From the NCBI GenBank assembly GCA_013265495.1, contig MU058259.1:176161-203222 (forward strand): 27,062 nt of DNA, written 5' to 3'. Of this stretch, positions 22,129 to 27,062 are shown in pieces. This stretch comes from Vicugna vicugna. Lineage: Eukaryota. The notes under the pieces are model-generated. The model saw nothing but the letters and a program-made list of their open reading frames with translations. It was not told where the DNA came from and searched no databases. The first letter of the stretch is position 1. Each line of letters opens with the position of its first letter. The translations under genes were made by a program, and so were the position numbers.

Positions 22129-23276
22129 CCACTGAAGAAAGGGAGATTTTTTCCCCAATGAAGCTAGTCCACTCTTAACACATGCTTGAGCCTCAGTGTA
22201 GATGGTGGCTAGGAAACAGGTGAACGGGAGGAATTAGCCCGTCGGTCCAAGCCTAGATTGCAATTCACAAGCTGCACCTTCGTTGAATTCCTTGCCCCAG
22301 ACACAAATTCAAGGGTGCTTGGGATGGCCTCCTAGTTTTGGAGTCTTAACTCCAAATTCCTCAATTCCTAGAGGTTTAGCCAGACCTGTAATGTGATTTT
22401 AACTGTGTAACTTGTGATTGAATGCAGTTTATATGTGGCATGGATATCTGATCAGCAGCTGGATTAAGAGAGGGCTTTGGAGCCTCCCTCATTTATGTCT
22501 GCCACTGTCCTTCTCCACCCAATCCCATTGGCTCGAAAAGGGAGAAGCTACCTTGCTGCCATTTCTCTACTGGTTATCCTCTCTTGTCCTTCCTCTCCTG
22601 GCTGGCTGGAGCCACCCCATAAATATTCTGAGCTGCCGTCCTGCAGAGCTCACCACGACACAGGGAAAGAAGCTTGTGGAGATGAGAGGCTGGGAGCGCC
22701 CCAGTGTTTCAGAGGTTGGTGAAGAAGACTTCTTGGTCAGAGTCCTCTCTCTATTTCAGCAGCCCTGGCAGTCCTTTTCTCTTACTTACTCTGATCTTGA
22801 ACCCAGTTTTCACCCTGGGGCCCTTTAACTATCTGTCCCACTTGTAGCTAAACAAGCTGACAGAATGGAGTTTGACACAGAGGAAGAGAGAGAGGGGTTC
22901 GTTTTCTTTCCATGCTTAGAGGTTAAAGGGGGCTTCCTGGATAATGATATAACTTACCTTTAAGTAAGCTGCAGAATAAAAATGATCTCCCTCATTCATT
23001 CTCTTGGCAGGGGGAGTCCCCAGTATGGGCAATACAGACATATCTCCCAGATTAACGCAGCCATGCAGGTAGAGACCCCTCGTCCCCAACACTCATACCT
23101 ACCGCACAGATATTTTCTCCTTAGATGTGCTCAGAATGCAGATGCTTTTCTGATTGTAGGCTCAACAAACAAACGAAAGAAAAGCTATACTAAAGACTCT
23201 ACACTCCTAGAAATCATTTAAGGCCTCCTGAGATTTTAGACCACTCTCCACATGATTGACAAACGTTTGCCTGAGT

Positions 23277-23917
23277 CGGGGGGTTCCCATACTCGTTTGG
23301 AGATAGGGAACCCTTTGGCATCTTGTAGATCCCTTCTCAGGAAAGTGGTTTTAAATGCATTAAACACAATGCAAAGATTTACAAAGGAAACTAATTATAC
23401 TAATAACAGTTACCAAAATATTAAAAAACAAAATTTTGGGGTTTTTTTTGTTTGGGGGGTGGGTTAGGTTTATTTATTTATTTATTTATTTATTTTTTAG
23501 TTGAGGTACTGGGGATTGAACTCAGGACCTCGTGAATGCTAAACAGGCACTCTACCCCTGAGCTATACCCTCCCCCTTAAGAAACAAAATTTTGATACAA
23601 TATTATTTTTGCACACTAGTTAATACTTTAAATAAGATCTAGCAGCAGTAACTACTGTAATTTCTAAGTGGTAATGAGTGTAAGAAATTATATTTTAAGA
23701 TTCATGAAACAGCAGTAATGGGATGTGAAAAAAATCTGTGATTGCTGTTGATGACAGTCACTGGTATGGTTAATACTACTGAGATGTGTGGCCCTTATTC
23801 CTAATTGAATGACACACTCAGTTTCACCTAGAGGTGAGCAAAGATAAAGGCGTAATTTTTTTCATCCAAGTTTACAGGCTCTTTGGGGAAATCTGTGGAC
23901 CCAGATCAGAATCCCTA
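23277..23917 (+). mobile_element. MER119 hAT-Charlie DNA transposon, split by a SINE
   Basis: ccctttggca...cccttctcag...tttaaatgcat...tacaaaggaaactaattata...aagatctagcagc...catccaagtttacag...tggacccagatcagaatccct. Confidence 0.85.
23438..23576 (-). mobile_element. tRNA-Ala-derived camelid-type SINE (Vic-1-like), second copy
   Basis: Reverse complement gggggagggtatagctcaggggtagagtgcctgtttagcattcacgaggtcctgagttcaatccccagtacctc + (AAAT)n + aaacctaa. 17-bp TSD ttaaaaaacaaaatttt (23421-23437) / ttaagaaacaaaatttt (23577-23593). Confidence 0.9.
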
Positions 23918-24654
23918 GCCTATGGAGGCTTCTGGGTCTCCTCAGCCCTCTACAACGTGGACCCTCCTCTGTGGCCTGTGTAGATAATATTGTCCACACT
24001 TCTCATCATGCTTCCTGTCAGAGGATGCTGAGCCAAGTTCTGAGTCCTGCCTGAATAAGGCACAATTTAGAAGGTCCGTGTAAGGCTCCTTGAGGCTTGG
24101 AGTTTGCCTCTTCAGACACCCCACCCCCCTCTCCTAGGGATCATAGTTCTGGCTTCTCTCCCTGTAAATGCCCTTCCTGTCCCTTCCTCATGGCCATGGG
24201 CATGATCCTGGGAGGCCCCATTCCTGCTCACTTGTGGCTCCTGCAGCCAGACCAGTGTTGGCCCCTGCTTCCCCGTGTGCCAGCCTTTCTGTTGTCCTGT
24301 CCCCACCATGAAATGAGATGCTGCCCTAACATGGTTTACCATGGGCCCCTTTGCACCTCCCCCTTATTCTTCTGCCAAACCCCCAGTTCTACCTGCTGTC
24401 CGCAGAGCGTTCTGTCATCCTTGCCCCAAGTCATACAGAACAGCTTAGCCTCTGTACTTGGACCAAAGAATCAGTAAACTTCTCCAGATCTTCCGCCTGA
24501 TCCAGAACGCCCTTGGCCAAATTCCTTTTCTAACCCAGAGTCTCCTGAACAATCACCAGATATTTAATAATTTCCCTCCTCTTCTTGGGAAAAACATGAA
24601 AGTAATTGAGTCCTTGTGCATATTGAATCAAAATTGTGTTTATTTTAAGAAAAT

Positions 24655-25072
24655 CTTATGTAGCACTATGACGTTCAGGAGCTATTCTTTATACTTTACA
24701 AATACTATTTCATTTAATCCTTGTAACAACCATATGAGATGGATACAGATGAGGAGACTGAGGAACAGAGTAGGGTTGCCAGATTCAGCAAATAGAAATA
24801 GAGGATGCCCAATTTAAATGTGAATTTCAGATAAAGAACAAGTATCTTCCAGTTTCTTGTTTAATATGTCCCATGCAACATTTGGAACATATCTACACTA
24901 AAAAGTTATTTGTTGTTTACCTGAAATTCAAATTTAACTTAGTGTCCTGTATTTTATCTGGTACCCTACACAGAAGGGTGAACAGCTTGCTCAAGATCAC
25001 ACAGCCAGCAAGTGGCAGAGCCAAGATTCAAATGCAGGAACTCTATCTCTCGAGTCTTTGCTCCTAGCCATC
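24655..25072 (-). mobile_element. MIR SINE split by MER53
   Basis: tttcatttaatccttgtaacaaccatatgagatgg...tacagatgaggagactgagg | cttgctcaagatcacacagccagcaagtggcagagccaagattcaaa. Confidence 0.85.
24771..24968. mobile_element. MER53 palindromic hAT MITE, full length
   Basis: tagggttgccagat...aaatgtgaatttcagataaa...tatgtcccatgcaacatttggaacata...tttacctgaaattcaaattt...atctggtacccta; flanked by degenerate duplication (a/c)acaga. Confidence 0.9.
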
Positions 25073-25674
25073 TTTCTCAGAAAGATGAAAATCGTATTAT
25101 TGCAATACATGGAATGTGTATTCTTTGCAGTGTTTCTGGGAAAAATCTCTGTTCAGAAATCAGGCCCCTTTGCTGTTTGAGATAACTGCTAAAGGACCAG
25201 TCCAGTGAACCCACTTCAAATGAGTAGTGGTCTAATCACAGATGCCCTTAAAAAAAGATGCCTGGTTGTAAGTGAGAACTTTCTGTGTTGGCCCCACTAA
25301 AGGCTGGATAGTTTGGATCTGAATGTGAAAAAGGAAGGTTTTCCTCCAGCTGCTGGGAAAATCGTTTCAAGGAACACTCATGGAGTCTCACAGAGCCATC
25401 CAGTTTGTATGCCTCTTCTTCTACCTGATTGGGAAAGAGGATACCAATAGAAGGCATTTTCTACCCACCACCCTGTCAGGCACCACTGGTCCCCAGCACT
25501 TCCATTAAGATTCAAATAGATGATCTGTGATGAGTAGGTGCTCTTTCACCTGCCTTTCACAACAAGAATCTGAAAACGGGATTCATTGAACTGCTTTTCT
25601 TAGCAGAGGGCAGAATCTTGGATACCTTGAATGTGTAGTTTCTGGTATCAAACCCTTGTCATCAGAAATAGACA

Positions 25675-26580
25675 CTCATAAATTATGGAAACATGACATT
25701 GGTACAGCTCTTATACAGGTCAGCTTGGCAGGATCTATCAAAAGTAGAATGCTTTGAACCAACAGTTTCCCTTCTAGGAAAGTTTCCTACAAATATACTC
25801 TTCCACATCTGTGCAAAGTGGCGTGTGAACAAGGTTATTCACTGCAGCACTGTTGGTACTAGCAAAATATTCAAAACAACATAAAGGATCCTCCAAGGGA
25901 ATATAAATAAATTATAGTGCATCTCTATGGTGGAATACTATACAGCCATGAAAATGAATTAAGAAACTGAAGCATAAATGTGAAGAGCTCTCTAAGATAT
26001 ATTCTTAAGTGTAGGAAAAGAAAAGATGGAGTGGAGTTTGTATTGTGTACCACCAGCTGATAAAAAGCTTTGAGAGGGAAAGCACATATGAATATATGTG
26101 TGTATATTTGGTTATATATAAAGAATATAACTCTGAAAGGAAACATGAGAAATAGGCCGTATTAATTGCCTACAAAAAAACTAGGTGTAAGGGGTGGGAA
26201 GGGATAAATTGGGAGTTTGAGATGTGCAGATACTAACTACCATATATAAAAGAGATATACAACAATTTTCTTCTGTATAGCACAGGGATCTGTATTCAGT
26301 ATCTTGTAGTAACCTATAATGAAAAAGAATATGAAAATGAATATATGTATGTATATACATGACTGAAACATTATGCTGTATACCAGAAATTGACACAACA
26401 TTGAAAATGGACTATGCTTCAATAAAAAAATAATAAAAGTAAAATAACATTACTATCAGAAAAAAACCTAGGTGACGAGGGGCAGAGGTGGAAGGAATGG
26501 TCACTGTATGGCCTTTTACACTTTAAAAAAGTTGTATCATATACATTTATTATGTATTCAAAAAATAAACATTATTAATA
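25675..26580 (+). mobile_element. Old L1ME 3' end (ORF2 tail + 3' UTR), interrupted by a young L1
   Basis: tttgaaccaacagtttcccttctaggaa...aaggttattcactgcagcactgttggtactagcaaaa...tggaatactatacagccatgaaaa...tcactgtat...tattcaaaaaataaa. Confidence 0.8.
26188..26460 (+). mobile_element. Severely 5'-truncated camelid-type L1 3' UTR with TSD
   Basis: ggggtgggaagggataaattgggagtttgagat...ctgtatagcacaggga...ccagaaattgacacaacattg...aataaa. TSD aaaaaaactaggtg (26174-26187) / aaaaaacctaggtg (26461-26474). Confidence 0.88.
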
Positions 26581-26694
26581 AAATGAAAAATTTCCTTCCA
26601 CCGTAGACTAAAACATCATCTTACCAGAGCAGGGGAGGGAGGCAGTGAGGATTGTGAGCTACGATTCTCTCAATAGATTTAGAGCAAAAATGGA

Positions 26695-27062
26695 TTTTTT
26701 TTTACATTTTTTTATTAAGTTACAGTCACTTTACAATGTGTCAAATTCCAGTGTAGAGCACAATTTTTCAGTTATACATGAACATACATATATTCATTGT
26801 CACATTCTTTTTCGCTGGGGGCTACCACAAGATCTTGTATATATTTCCCTGTGCTATACAGTATAATCTTGTTTATCTATTCTGTATATGCCTGTCAGTA
26901 TCTACCAATTTTGAAATCCCAGTCTTTCCCTTCCTATTCCCCCCTGCTTGGCAACCACAAGTTTCTATTTTATGTCTGTGAGTCTGTTTCACTTTTGTAT
27001 TTATGTTCTTTTTTTTTTTTTAGATTCCACATATAAGTGATCTCATATGGTATTTTTCTTTC
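26695..27062 (-). mobile_element. Camelid-type L1 3' UTR, runs off window end
   Basis: ttttttattaagttacagtcactttacaatgtgtcaaattccagtgtagagcacaa...ccctgtgctatacagt...ggcaaccacaagttt...tagattccacatataagtgatctcatatggtattt. Confidence 0.88.

Noticed and set aside
2408..23021. Scattered NF-kB-like (e.g. ~2408, ~9025, ~16079, ~23011) and AP-1 (tgagtca/tgactca) motifs
   Set aside because: Short motifs, unclustered, at a frequency compatible with chance in 27 kb.
1..27062. CRISPR array, operon or other prokaryotic/viral system
   Set aside because: No regularly spaced repeats, no gene-dense ORF structure; CpG depletion and eutherian repeats occur throughout.

Overview
Mammalian, repeat-rich, essentially non-coding genomic DNA. 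It is most likely camelid, inferred from two tRNA-Ala-headed SINEs of the Vic-1 type and camelid-type L1 3' ends. Much of the window is interspersed repeats: L1, L2, L3/CR1, MIR, MLT1 solo LTRs, hAT/Tc2 MER elements and microsatellites, often nested and with recognisable target-site duplications. No intact protein-coding gene, RNA gene or prokaryotic-type system is supported, and the ORF track is mostly noise or repeat-derived. The one structurally anomalous spot is ~265-880. There an isolated CpG-island flank stops abruptly at ~530 and is fused to a 3'-truncated MLT1D LTR, which abuts only one terminus of a MER58. This points to a deletion/rearrangement breakpoint or an assembly misjoin. On the minus strand the junction creates a candidate LTR-driven chimeric first exon (strong-Kozak ATG at 570, 25 codons, phase-0 donor CAG|GTGATC at 496/495). 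Repeat family names come from recalled consensus sequences, not a database search, and boundaries are approximate unless a TSD is quoted.
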